58,046 bases of DNA from NCBI GenBank assembly GCA_045802855.1, contig JBJMQD010000036.1, positions 1-58,046 on the forward strand, in the 5' to 3' direction. Shown here piece by piece: positions 1 to 12,684 of this stretch; the first letter of the stretch is position 1; the number at the start of each line of letters is the position of its first letter. The notes beneath the pieces were generated by a model. The model was not told where the DNA came from, did no database searches, and was given only the letters and a program-made list of their open reading frames with translations. Source of the stretch: Myxococcales bacterium. GTDB taxonomy: Bacteria; Myxococcota; Myxococcia; Myxococcales; 40CM-4-68-19. The position numbers and the translations under genes were made by a program.

Positions 1-1
1 C

Positions 2-253
2 GACATCGAGAAGGCTCGCGGCGAGCTCGAAGCGGCCCGCGCCGAGATCGAGGCTGCCCGCGCCGAGGCGGCCGAGGCGGTCGCTTCCTCGGGCCAGAAC
101 GAGGAGCGCGCCGTCAAGGCCTACCAGAAGATCAAGAACGACGAGAAGCTCCGGGAGAAGACCCGCAAGGCGCTCGAGATCGCCCTCGCCCTCCTCCAGG
201 ACAACTCCGTGGAGCCGGCGGAAGAGCGCGAACCGGAGAAGCGCTCCGCCTAG
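2..253 (+). CDS. C-terminal fragment of a coiled-coil protein (start lies outside the window)
   Basis: The frame is open from the window edge to TAG 251-253. The sequence is Ala/Glu/Lys-rich and heptad-like (DIEKARGELEAARAEIEAARAEAAEA...) with GC3-rich codons. Confidence 0.5.
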   Translation, partial: DIEKARGELEAARAEIEAARAEAAEAVASSGQNEERAVKAYQKIKNDEKLREKTRKALEIALALLQDNSVEPAEEREPEKRSA

Positions 254-1401
254 ACCTTCTTCTCGAGCAGCTTTCTCGCCTGCGTCTGCAGCGCGGGCGA
301 GACGTTGCGGTTCTTGGAAAGGCCCTTCAGCTCGCTCGATCGCAAGTGCGAGAGGTAGCGCATCGACACCGCCACCGGGACCTTGGGGTTGTTCACCAGG
401 TTCACCTTGATCCCGTAATTCTTGGTGAGCTGCCGGTTGTTGTAGATGTACTGCAGCACCTCGCCCGGAGCGGTGCGGCTGAGCGCCACCTTGGCGATCT
501 CCCCCTCGGTGATGCGCGGGCTCTGGATCACCGCCAGCTGGACGAGCTTGCTCGGGTCGCGCAGGAGGATGGTTCGCACCTCCTTGTTCCCCTTCTTGTT
601 CGCCCACTCGATCTTCTTGGCGATGGAGAGCTTGGAGACCTTCTGGGCGATGGTGAGCCGCTTTCCCTCGGCGGCCGCCTCCTGCTCCGGAGTCTCGGCG
701 ATCATCTCCGTCGCGGCGTCGGAAGCCCCCATCTCCAGCAGCGCCTGCTCCGCGGCGGCTTCCTCGGCCTGGGCCGCCGCGGCCGCCGCCAATGCAGCGG
801 CCTCGTCGACGCCGCTCCCGAGGACGCGCTTGCGCGCCGCCGCGAACGCGGGGAGATCGGCGAGGACGAGCCCCGAGCGGACGCAGAAGTCCGTGACGTT
901 GTCGATGGTGACCGGCCGGGTGGCGGGATTCGTCACCAGCGCCCGCACGATGGGCTCGTGCCGCAGCATGCGAAGCTGGTTCTGCGAGACCAACTCCGTG
1001 AGCTTCTCGTGCGGCGTCGCGGCGATCAGCGCTATCGTCTCGTCGGGCGTGGAGGCGTTGAGCGCGAGCATCTCCAGGTATTCGGGCCTCCCCTGCAGCG
1101 CGCCCGCGTAGAATCCGAGGACCTTGGGATCGGTGTTCTCGTCGCGCAGCGCGACCGAGAGGATCCGATCGGCAAGCGCGCCAGCGCTCTTCACCGCCGT
1201 CTCGCGGACGGCCGCGTCCGCGTCGAACGTCAGCATGAACAGCGCGGTCGCCATGTCCTTCGGGCCCATGGGGACGAGCGCCTTCGCGCCCATCATCCGC
1301 AGGGTCACCGGCGCCGCGGGATCGACGTGTTTCTGGAAATTCCCCGGCAGCACGTCCAGCGGAAGCGGACACGCGGACGGCTGCACCCCCGGCTCCGTCA
1401 T
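250..1401 (-). CDS. Conserved hypothetical protein, helical-repeat (HEAT-like) N-terminal half and Lys-rich C-terminal half
   Basis: 383-aa ORF starting at ATG 1401 with strong GC3 bias. I recognised no catalytic motif. An Ala/Glu-rich linker is followed by a conserved-looking basic C-terminal region. Confidence 0.6.
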   Translation of the reverse strand: MTEPGVQPSACPLPLDVLPGNFQKHVDPAAPVTLRMMGAKALVPMGPKDMATALFMLTFDADAAVRETAVKSAGALADRILSVALRDENTDPKVLGFYAGALQGRPEYLEMLALNASTPDETIALIAATPHEKLTELVSQNQLRMLRHEPIVRALVTNPATRPVTIDNVTDFCVRSGLVLADLPAFAAARKRVLGSGVDEAAALAAAAAAQAEEAAAEQALLEMGASDAATEMIAETPEQEAAAEGKRLTIAQKVSKLSIAKKIEWANKKGNKEVRTILLRDPSKLVQLAVIQSPRITEGEIAKVALSRTAPGEVLQYIYNNRQLTKNYGIKVNLVNNPKVPVAVSMRYLSHLRSSELKGLSKNRNVSPALQTQARKLLEKKV

Positions 1402-1434
1402 GACTGCGATCCTACCCTGACCATCGGTCGGGAA

Positions 1435-2109
1435 TCAGCCGATTTTCGCGGGATCGTCCTGGAAATCGAGCGCGGATTGCGTGGGATCGAACCGCTTCTT
1501 GGAGAGCCGCCAGGTGAGCTTCCCGATCCACTTGTTCAAGAAGAAGGTCCGCGGCAGCCACGGAATCGGCGCGGGCCTGCGCAAACCAAGCGCGAGGAAT
1601 TCGCGTCCCACCCGGGGATCCGCGGGCGAAAGCTCCTGCGCCCTTCTGAGCGCCCGCACCGCCTGCTCCTTGTTGCGGGTGACGACCAGGGCGCGGGCGA
1701 GATTGACCAGCATCTCGCTCGTGAGAGGCCCCCGCCGCACGGCCTCCTCGCAGAAACGGATGCCGCGCTGCCGATCGCCTTCCACGAGCACCAGGGTGAG
1801 GCCGTAGTTGGAGAGGATCCGGACGTCGTTCACCTTGCGGCGGTAGGCCTTCTCGAAGGCGGCGTGCGCCTCCTGCGGATTGGTGTCCAGGGCCGCCCGG
1901 CCGGCCTCGATCAGCGCCGGAACCTCGGCGTCCGGCGTCGGCGGATCGCCGGCGGCGATCACCGGGCGCGGCGTGGTCTCGGGCGACCGCAGGGGCATCG
2001 GACCGTTCCTCTGCGCGACCCGCACGCTGGCCCGGATCCGATCGATTTCGGTGGGGGACGCGCCGCGCGGGAGCGCGCGACCGTCCGTCTTGTGTTCGCG
2101 CTCGGACAT
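1435..2109 (-). CDS. TPR-repeat protein
   Basis: Trimmed from the 493-aa track ORF to ATG 2109 (MSEREHK...). It contains TPR-like helical repeats (AHAAFEKAYRR..., NLARALVVTRNKEQAVRALRRAQELSP). The upstream part of the long ORF overlaps coaX and looks spurious. Confidence 0.6.
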   Translation of the reverse strand: MSEREHKTDGRALPRGASPTEIDRIRASVRVAQRNGPMPLRSPETTPRPVIAAGDPPTPDAEVPALIEAGRAALDTNPQEAHAAFEKAYRRKVNDVRILSNYGLTLVLVEGDRQRGIRFCEEAVRRGPLTSEMLVNLARALVVTRNKEQAVRALRRAQELSPADPRVGREFLALGLRRPAPIPWLPRTFFLNKWIGKLTWRLSKKRFDPTQSALDFQDDPAKIG

Positions 2110-2117
2110 GGGCCGCC

Positions 2118-2897
2118 TCAAGGTTGATTCCGTTGGTAGATGATGCGGAGGCCGTCGAGCGTGAGCTGCTCGTCGACGATCTCGATCCGCTTGGAAACGT
2201 TTGCGATGAGCGGAGCGAGCCCTCCGGTCGCGACTATCTTCACCGGGAACCCGAGCTCCTCGGCCATCCGGCCGCAGATGCCGTCGACGAGGCCCACGTA
2301 CCCGAAGACGAGCCCGCTCTGCATCGACGCCACCGTGTTGCGCCCGACCACCCGATCCGGCTTCTCGAAAGCGACGCGGGGTAGCTTGGAAGCGCGTTGG
2401 AAGAGCGCCTCCATGGAGATGGCGATTCCCGGAGCAATCGCGCCGCCCAGATATTCGCCCTTGGGGGTGACGGCGTCGAAGGTGGTGGCGGTGCCGAAGT
2501 CGACGATGACGAGCCCCTGCGCGAAGCGCTCGTACGCGGCCACCGCGTTGACGATCCGATCCGCGCCGACCTCCCGCGGATTGTCGTAGAGCACCGGCAT
2601 CCCGGTCTTCACGCCCGGGCCGACGAAGAGCGGCTTCTTGCCGAAAAACCGTTTGCACATCTGCTCGAGCGGGAACTGCATCGGCGGCACGACGCTCGAC
2701 ACGATGACGTCGTGAACCTGCGACAGCTCTACTCCGCTGAAGTCGAACAGCGTGCGCAGCTGGAGTCCGTATTCGTCTCCGGTGCGATCCTTCTCGGTCT
2801 GGAAGCGGAACGAATCGCGCAACACCGCCGGCGTGCGCTCGAGGTCGAAAAGCCCGAGCACGGTATTGGTGTTGCCGACGTCGATTGCGAGAAGCAT
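2118..2897 (-). CDS. coaX: Type III pantothenate kinase
   Basis: N-terminus [15 protein letters not shown] (ASKHA phosphate-1 motif). It also has [12 protein letters not shown] and ATGGLA motifs, and its 259-aa length is typical of CoaX. Confidence 0.9.
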   Translation of the reverse strand: MLLAIDVGNTNTVLGLFDLERTPAVLRDSFRFQTEKDRTGDEYGLQLRTLFDFSGVELSQVHDVIVSSVVPPMQFPLEQMCKRFFGKKPLFVGPGVKTGMPVLYDNPREVGADRIVNAVAAYERFAQGLVIVDFGTATTFDAVTPKGEYLGGAIAPGIAISMEALFQRASKLPRVAFEKPDRVVGRNTVASMQSGLVFGYVGLVDGICGRMAEELGFPVKIVATGGLAPLIANVSKRIEIVDEQLTLDGLRIIYQRNQP

Positions 2898-2958
2898 CGA
2901 AAATGAGTATCGACACGCGGTCGTGCGCGGGTCAACAAAGTGAAGCTGGGTCGCGGCC

Positions 2959-4005
2959 TTACACTGTCCTGCAGTGCTCCACTTCGCCTGCCACGACGCG
3001 CACGAGCTCGCCGTTTTCCCGACGGACGAGGAGTGCGCCGTCCTCCGCCAGATCGACGGCTTCGCCTTCCACCGCGCGCGACACGCCCCCCGTCTCGCCC
3101 ACCTCCGCCCTGACCCTTTGTCCGATCGTGGAAGAAAGCTCGAGGAAGCGCTCGCGCACGGGACCGAAGCCCTCGAGGTCGTGCAGCGCGAGCCAGTCCT
3201 CGAGCGACTCGAGGAGACGCGCGAACGCGAGGGGGCGGGGCACCGGCTGTCCGCTCTCGATGGCGAGGCTGGTCGCGATGGCGGCAAGCTCGGGGGGAAA
3301 GCCGTCCAGGGTCGTCCCGGAATTGAATCCGACGCCGAGGACCGCGTGGCGGAGTCTGCTGCCTTCCGTGCGCAGCTCGGCGAGGAGGCCGCCGAGCTTG
3401 CGGCCTCCGCATTCGACGTCGTTCGGCCACTTGATCGCCGCTGACGAGGCTCCCAGCTCGCGGGCGGCCTCGCACATCGCGACCGCCGCCGTGAGCGCGA
3501 GCTCCGGAGCGTGCAGGGCGGGCAGCACCGGCCGGAGCACGACCGAGAACACCAGGGAAGCGCCGGGCGAGTCGACCCAGCGACGCCCGCGGCGCCCGCG
3601 CCCCTGGGTCTGACGCTCGGCGATCACCACCTCGCCGTGCAGCGCGCCGGAATCGGCGAGCCGATGGGCCTCGTCGTTCGTCGAGACCACCTCTTCGAAG
3701 AAATGGATGCGGCGGCCGATCTCCGCGCCGTGAAGGAGGGGCGACATCTCCCGTTCCGAAAGGCCGGCCGGGAGCGCCGCCAGACGATACCCGCGGCCGC
3801 CCGAGGCATGGATCGAGTACCCCCGCGCGCGCAGCGAATCGATCCGCTTGAGGAGCTCCGCCCTCGGCAGATCGAGCTTGTCGCAGAGGACGTTGCCGGC
3901 GACGAACTCGTCGCAGTCGAGGAGCATCTCCAGGACGAGCGCATCCATCCGATCGCCGTCCGGGTGGTCGCCTGGAGCGAATTGCGCCGCGGTCTCCGGA
4001 ATCAT
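2959..4005 (-). CDS. birA: Bifunctional biotin-[acetyl-CoA-carboxylase] ligase / repressor BirA
   Basis: An N-terminal winged-HTH-like segment ([36 protein letters not shown]) precedes the ligase core motifs GRGRRGRRW and KWPNDV. ATG 4005 overlaps the nadC stop as ATGA. An alternative start is ATG 3948 (MDALV...). Confidence 0.85.
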   Translation of the reverse strand: MIPETAAQFAPGDHPDGDRMDALVLEMLLDCDEFVAGNVLCDKLDLPRAELLKRIDSLRARGYSIHASGGRGYRLAALPAGLSEREMSPLLHGAEIGRRIHFFEEVVSTNDEAHRLADSGALHGEVVIAERQTQGRGRRGRRWVDSPGASLVFSVVLRPVLPALHAPELALTAAVAMCEAARELGASSAAIKWPNDVECGGRKLGGLLAELRTEGSRLRHAVLGVGFNSGTTLDGFPPELAAIATSLAIESGQPVPRPLAFARLLESLEDWLALHDLEGFGPVRERFLELSSTIGQRVRAEVGETGGVSRAVEGEAVDLAEDGALLVRRENGELVRVVAGEVEHCRTV

Positions 4006-4877
4006 TTTCGCGTCTCGATGAGGAGGCTCAAGTCCACCGCCCGGGCGGAGTGGGTCAGCGCGCCTACCGACACGTAATCGACGCCGCAGGCCGCCACCCG
4101 GGGAAGACGCTCGAGCGTCATTCCGCCGCTCGCCTCGGTGGGGACGCGGCCTCCCACCTGCTTCACCGCCGCCGCGAGCTCCCGATCGCCGAGGTTGTCG
4201 AGGAGCAGCATGTCGGCGCCCGCGGCGAGCGCCTCGTCGATCTGCGCCGGAGTCGATACCTCCGCCTCCACCTTGAGGAACGGACCCGCGAGCGACCTCG
4301 CACGCCGCACCGCCTCGCCGATCCCGCCGGCGACTGCGGCGTGGTTGTCCTTGACGAGGATACCGTCGAAGAGCGCACCCCGGTGGTTCATCGCTCCTCC
4401 GGCGCGCACGGCAGCTTTCTCGAGCACCCTCATTCCCGGAGTGGTCTTGCGGGTGTCGAGGAGCTTCGTCCGCGTGCCCGAAAGCGCCTGCGCGTAGCGC
4501 CGGGTGAGGGTGGCGATGCCGCTCAGACGCTGCAGGAAGTTGAGCGCGGTCCTCTCGGCGCTGAGGATCGCGCGCAGCTTGCCGCGGACGCGCAGCACCG
4601 CGGCGCCAGCGTCGAGGCTCTGGCCTTCCTTCGCCAGCGGCTCGAGCACGGAATCGGGATCGAGAGCCCGGAAGACGCGGGCCGCGACGGCGATACCGGA
4701 GAGCACGAGATCCTCCTTGGCGACGGCGAGCGCCGTCCCGCGCGCTTCCGGCGGAATGCACGCTTCGGCGGTCCGATCTCCCGGTCCCACGTCCTCTTCG
4801 AGCGCAAGCGCGATCAGGCGGCCGACCGCGTCGTCCGGCCGCCCGAGATCGAGATCGCTCGCGCCCTCCGCCCGCAG
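4002..4877 (-). CDS. nadC: Nicotinate-nucleotide diphosphorylase (quinolinate phosphoribosyltransferase)
   Basis: Carries NadC motifs (ERTALNFLQRLSGIAT, TRKTTPG, VKDNH, LLDN). The conserved N-terminal ALEEDVGPGDRT motif spans the only canonical start (GTG 4790). I therefore extended the CDS to CTG 4877, which has GAGG 4 nt upstream. The start coordinate is uncertain. Confidence 0.8.
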   Translation of the reverse strand: MRAEGASDLDLGRPDDAVGRLIALALEEDVGPGDRTAEACIPPEARGTALAVAKEDLVLSGIAVAARVFRALDPDSVLEPLAKEGQSLDAGAAVLRVRGKLRAILSAERTALNFLQRLSGIATLTRRYAQALSGTRTKLLDTRKTTPGMRVLEKAAVRAGGAMNHRGALFDGILVKDNHAAVAGGIGEAVRRARSLAGPFLKVEAEVSTPAQIDEALAAGADMLLLDNLGDRELAAAVKQVGGRVPTEASGGMTLERLPRVAACGVDYVSVGALTHSARAVDLSLLIETRK

Positions 4878-4883
4878 AACGCC

Positions 4884-8336
<3,453 letters not shown>

Positions 8337-8434
8337 CGGAGATCCTCCGCTTCGCGCGGCAAAGTCGCGCGCGACCGCCGTGGAGATACCACAATGGATC
8401 GCCTTCGGGGCAGGGTCGCCGAGCGTTCGGAGAG

Positions 8435-9532
8435 CTACTCTCCCCGCTCCTTCATGAGACGATCGAGCTCCTCGCGGATGATCGTCTCCGCGAGCTCCGG
8501 CACGACTTCCCACGCGATCTTCTCGATCACTTCGCGCGACGCCTTCGAAAGCGCTTCGCGCAGGAGCGCTTCGCCTCCATCCCGGCTCTCCTTCGCGGAA
8601 GGCACGACGGAAAGCGGAGGCTTGGCGGGGGAAGGAACGGCCCGAAGCTGCGGCGGCTGCGGACCTTCGTCGGCGAGATCGTCGTCGAGGAGAATTTCTT
8701 CCTCTACTTCCGCGGACATAGTCTCCTGCCGGGGCGGCGGCTGAGAAGGCTGTGGCGGGCGGGCCAGAGCGGGCGGCGGCGGTTTCGACGCCGCGGGAGG
8801 ACCAGGGCGCGGTGCGGCCGGGCGCCCGCCCGCGGGAGGCGGCGCCGAAGGCCGGGGCGGCTGTACTCCGGGCGGGCGGGCTGCGGACGAAGGCGGCGCG
8901 GAAGGACGAGGCGCTCCCGCGGCCGGCGGCCGTGCACCAGGAGGGGGCGGCGCCGTCGGTGGGCGGGCGGCGGGCGGCCTCGCGCCCGGCGGAGGTGGCG
9001 CTCCGGCCGGTCTCGCCGGACCGCCGGCAGCGGGCGCTCCCGGAGGCCGCGCTGGCGGAGGCGGCTTCGATACCTGAGGTGGTGGAGCGGCTCGCGGCGG
9101 GACCGACGGCGGCGGCGGAGCGGCGCGCTGCGCAGGCGCAGGCTGCGGCCCCGCCGTCATCGGCTTCGGATTGGCGAGGATCTCTTTCACCCGGTCGACG
9201 AGCTTCTGCGATTCGAACGGCTTCGCCATCTGGCCGTTCGCGCCGGCCGCTATCGCCCTCGAAGGATCGCCCGGACTACCCCCGCCGAGGAGAAGCACCG
9301 GCGTCTGCTTGAGCGTCGCGTCGGCGCGGACCTTCTCGCAAAGCTCGTAACCGCTGAGCCCCGGCATGTCGATGTCGGCGAGGATCAGATCCGGTTTCAG
9401 ATCCCGCGCCCGCTCGAGCGCCTCCGTCCCGTTCGCGACGGTCGTGAGGGAAAAGTCCTCCTTCTTGAAAACCATTCCGACAGCGGTCCGGATCGTCGTC
9501 GAGTCGTCGGCCAGAAGGAGGGACTTCGGCAT
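8435..9532 (-). CDS. Response regulator: receiver domain + ~190-aa Pro-rich region + short conserved helical C-terminus (RomR-like architecture)
   Basis: The REC motifs are LLLADDS, LILADIDMPGLSG and KPF. A Pro/Ala-rich low-complexity stretch follows, then EALLREALSKASREVIEKIAWEVVPELAETIIREELDRLM. ATG 9532 has GGAGG upstream. The RomR similarity rests on architecture only. Confidence 0.75.
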   Translation of the reverse strand: MPKSLLLADDSTTIRTAVGMVFKKEDFSLTTVANGTEALERARDLKPDLILADIDMPGLSGYELCEKVRADATLKQTPVLLLGGGSPGDPSRAIAAGANGQMAKPFESQKLVDRVKEILANPKPMTAGPQPAPAQRAAPPPPSVPPRAAPPPQVSKPPPPARPPGAPAAGGPARPAGAPPPPGARPPAARPPTAPPPPGARPPAAGAPRPSAPPSSAARPPGVQPPRPSAPPPAGGRPAAPRPGPPAASKPPPPALARPPQPSQPPPRQETMSAEVEEEILLDDDLADEGPQPPQLRAVPSPAKPPLSVVPSAKESRDGGEALLREALSKASREVIEKIAWEVVPELAETIIREELDRLMKERGE

Positions 9533-9645
9533 GCCGGGGGCGCCTCCGGGAACGGCGGCGTTCACCTGTACCCGTCCTCTCCGGACGAGGCAAGCTTTTG
9601 AAAAGGTACCGTAAACGCGAACCGTCGAGAGAGCGCGCGCGATGC

Positions 9646-9675
9646 GATGGGGGGCGAGCGAGCCCGCCCCCCATC
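9646..9675 (-). terminator. GC-rich hairpin downstream of groEL (11-bp stem, 8-nt loop)
   Basis: GATGGGGGGCG-agcgagcc-CGCCCCCCATC lies 12 nt past the groEL stop. There is no U-tract after the stem in the sense direction (the T-run precedes it), so it is not a canonical intrinsic terminator. Confidence 0.4.
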
Positions 9676-9686
9676 AAAAGCCCGTT

Positions 9687-11357
<1,671 letters not shown>

Positions 11358-11399
11358 GAAGCTCCTCCGATGTGGGGCAGACCACCCCGTGGGGGCGCG

Positions 11400-11427
11400 A
11401 ATGTAGACAGGCGCGGCGGGCTGTCAA
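11400..11427 (-). promoter_or_regulatory. Sigma70-like promoter candidate for groEL (TTGACA-16 nt-TACATT)
   Basis: On the minus strand, TTGACA (11427-11422) is separated by 16 nt from TACATT (11405-11400). This lies about 40 nt upstream of the groEL ATG. Motif match only. Confidence 0.4.
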
Positions 11428-11530
11428 GCGTCGCGTTTCAGAACCCGCGCCGCTGCCGGGTGAACAGCGCTTGTCAGCGCACGTCCATTGTTCTACGGGA
11501 CCCCGCACCTGTCCCCTCCAAGGAGACCGC

Positions 11531-12211
11531 ATGATCGCCCTTGCCGCCGTCCTCGCACTCCTCGCGCAAGCCCCGCAGAGCGGTGGGGAAAAGGGCAAGG
11601 TCTCCGGGAAGGTGACGATCGCCGGACTCGCGCCCAAGCTCGCCAACCTTCCGGTCACCCGCGACATCAAGTCCTGCGGCGCGAACAAGCCGGACGAGTC
11701 GCTGGTCGTGGGCCAGGCCGGAGGGGTGAAGAACGCCGTGATCTGGGTCGTCGACGGCCCGAAGCCTCCCCGCGGCTTCAAGCAGAAATACAAGCTCGAC
11801 CAGAAGAACTGCGAGTTCACGCCGCACGTCGTCGCGATGCCCGAGGGCGGTACGCTCGAGGTGGTGAACAGCGACAAGCTGTTCCACAACGTCCACGCGC
11901 GGCAGGGGGAGAAGCAGGTCTTCAACTTCGCCATGCCGGTCCCGGACTACACGATTCCCAAGCAGATCAAGTCGGAAGGCCGGCTGCGGGTGACCTGCGA
12001 CGTGCATCCCTGGATGCGCGCCTGGGTGGACGTGCTGCCGACGACGGCGTTCGCGGTGACCGACGAATCGGGAACCTACACCATCGAGGACGTGCCGCCC
12101 GGCAAGCACAAGATCAAGCTCTGGCACGAACGACTCGGCGAGAAGGAGGAGGAGATCGACATCGTCGCCGGACAAACCGCGACGCTCGATCTTCCGCTCA
12201 CGCCCAGATGA
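11531..12211 (+). CDS. Secreted cupredoxin-like protein with C-terminal CarboxypepD_reg-like beta-sandwich
   Basis: ATG 11531 has AAGGAGA upstream and is followed by a signal-peptide-like MIALAAVLALLAQAP. The type-1 copper ligand pattern is HNVH...C-D-V-H-P-W-M (C-x2-H-x2-M). The C-terminal VTDESGTYTIEDVPPGKHKIKLWH is typical of carboxypeptidase-regulatory-like folds. Confidence 0.7.
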   Translation: MIALAAVLALLAQAPQSGGEKGKVSGKVTIAGLAPKLANLPVTRDIKSCGANKPDESLVVGQAGGVKNAVIWVVDGPKPPRGFKQKYKLDQKNCEFTPHVVAMPEGGTLEVVNSDKLFHNVHARQGEKQVFNFAMPVPDYTIPKQIKSEGRLRVTCDVHPWMRAWVDVLPTTAFAVTDESGTYTIEDVPPGKHKIKLWHERLGEKEEEIDIVAGQTATLDLPLTPR

Positions 12212-12657
12212 CGGTGCGCATCGATCCCGATTTCCTCGTCCGGTGGGTGAGGGAGGAGCTTTCGCGGACGGGCGACGAACCTGTCTTCGACGGCATCGCC
12301 GCGCGAGGGGCTGAAGACGGCCTCGCCGAGGACGAGGCGGAGCTGGAAGCCGCCGAGGAGATCGCCGCTCGCCGCGGGCTTCGCTTCGCGCTCCTCGACG
12401 CCGCCGCCGGCCTCGGGGAGGTGGACGTGCGAGAGGCCCGCGGGGGCATCGAGTGGATCGAACGGGCGCTTCGTCCCGAAGGCCAGCGGGATCTCTTCGG
12501 AGAGCTGGCCCCGTCGAATTGCACGGCGTTCCTCCGCAGCGCCCCCGGGGCCGCGCAAAGGCTGCGTGCCCTCGCGCGGCTGCTCCTCGACGAGCCGGGT
12601 GCGTCGCGCGCCGAGCTTCCCGGTCTGGGCGGAAGCCCGGGGTGCTCGATTCGCTGA
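12208..12657 (+). CDS. Acidic hypothetical protein
   Basis: ATG 12208 overlaps the preceding stop as ATGA, and the codons are GC3-rich. I recognised no motif. Confidence 0.5.
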   Translation: MTVRIDPDFLVRWVREELSRTGDEPVFDGIAARGAEDGLAEDEAELEAAEEIAARRGLRFALLDAAAGLGEVDVREARGGIEWIERALRPEGQRDLFGELAPSNCTAFLRSAPGAAQRLRALARLLLDEPGASRAELPGLGGSPGCSIR

Positions 12658-12684
12658 TGTTTCGCGCGTGGTAGCTTCCCCGGC

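Noticed and set aside
8700-9130. GC-rich short-period repeats (ggcggcgg/ccgccc) that might be a nucleotide-level tandem repeat or CRISPR-like array.
   Set aside because: They are the coding sequence of the Pro/Ala-rich linker of the response regulator. The repeats are degenerate and irregular, with no repeat-spacer organisation.
11358-11530. CIRCE (HrcA) operator or sigma-32 promoter upstream of groEL.
   Set aside because: There is no TTAGCACTC-N9-GAGTGCTAA-like inverted repeat. A CCCCACAT sigma-32 -10-like string lies only 3 nt from the SD, with no CTTGAAA at the right spacing.
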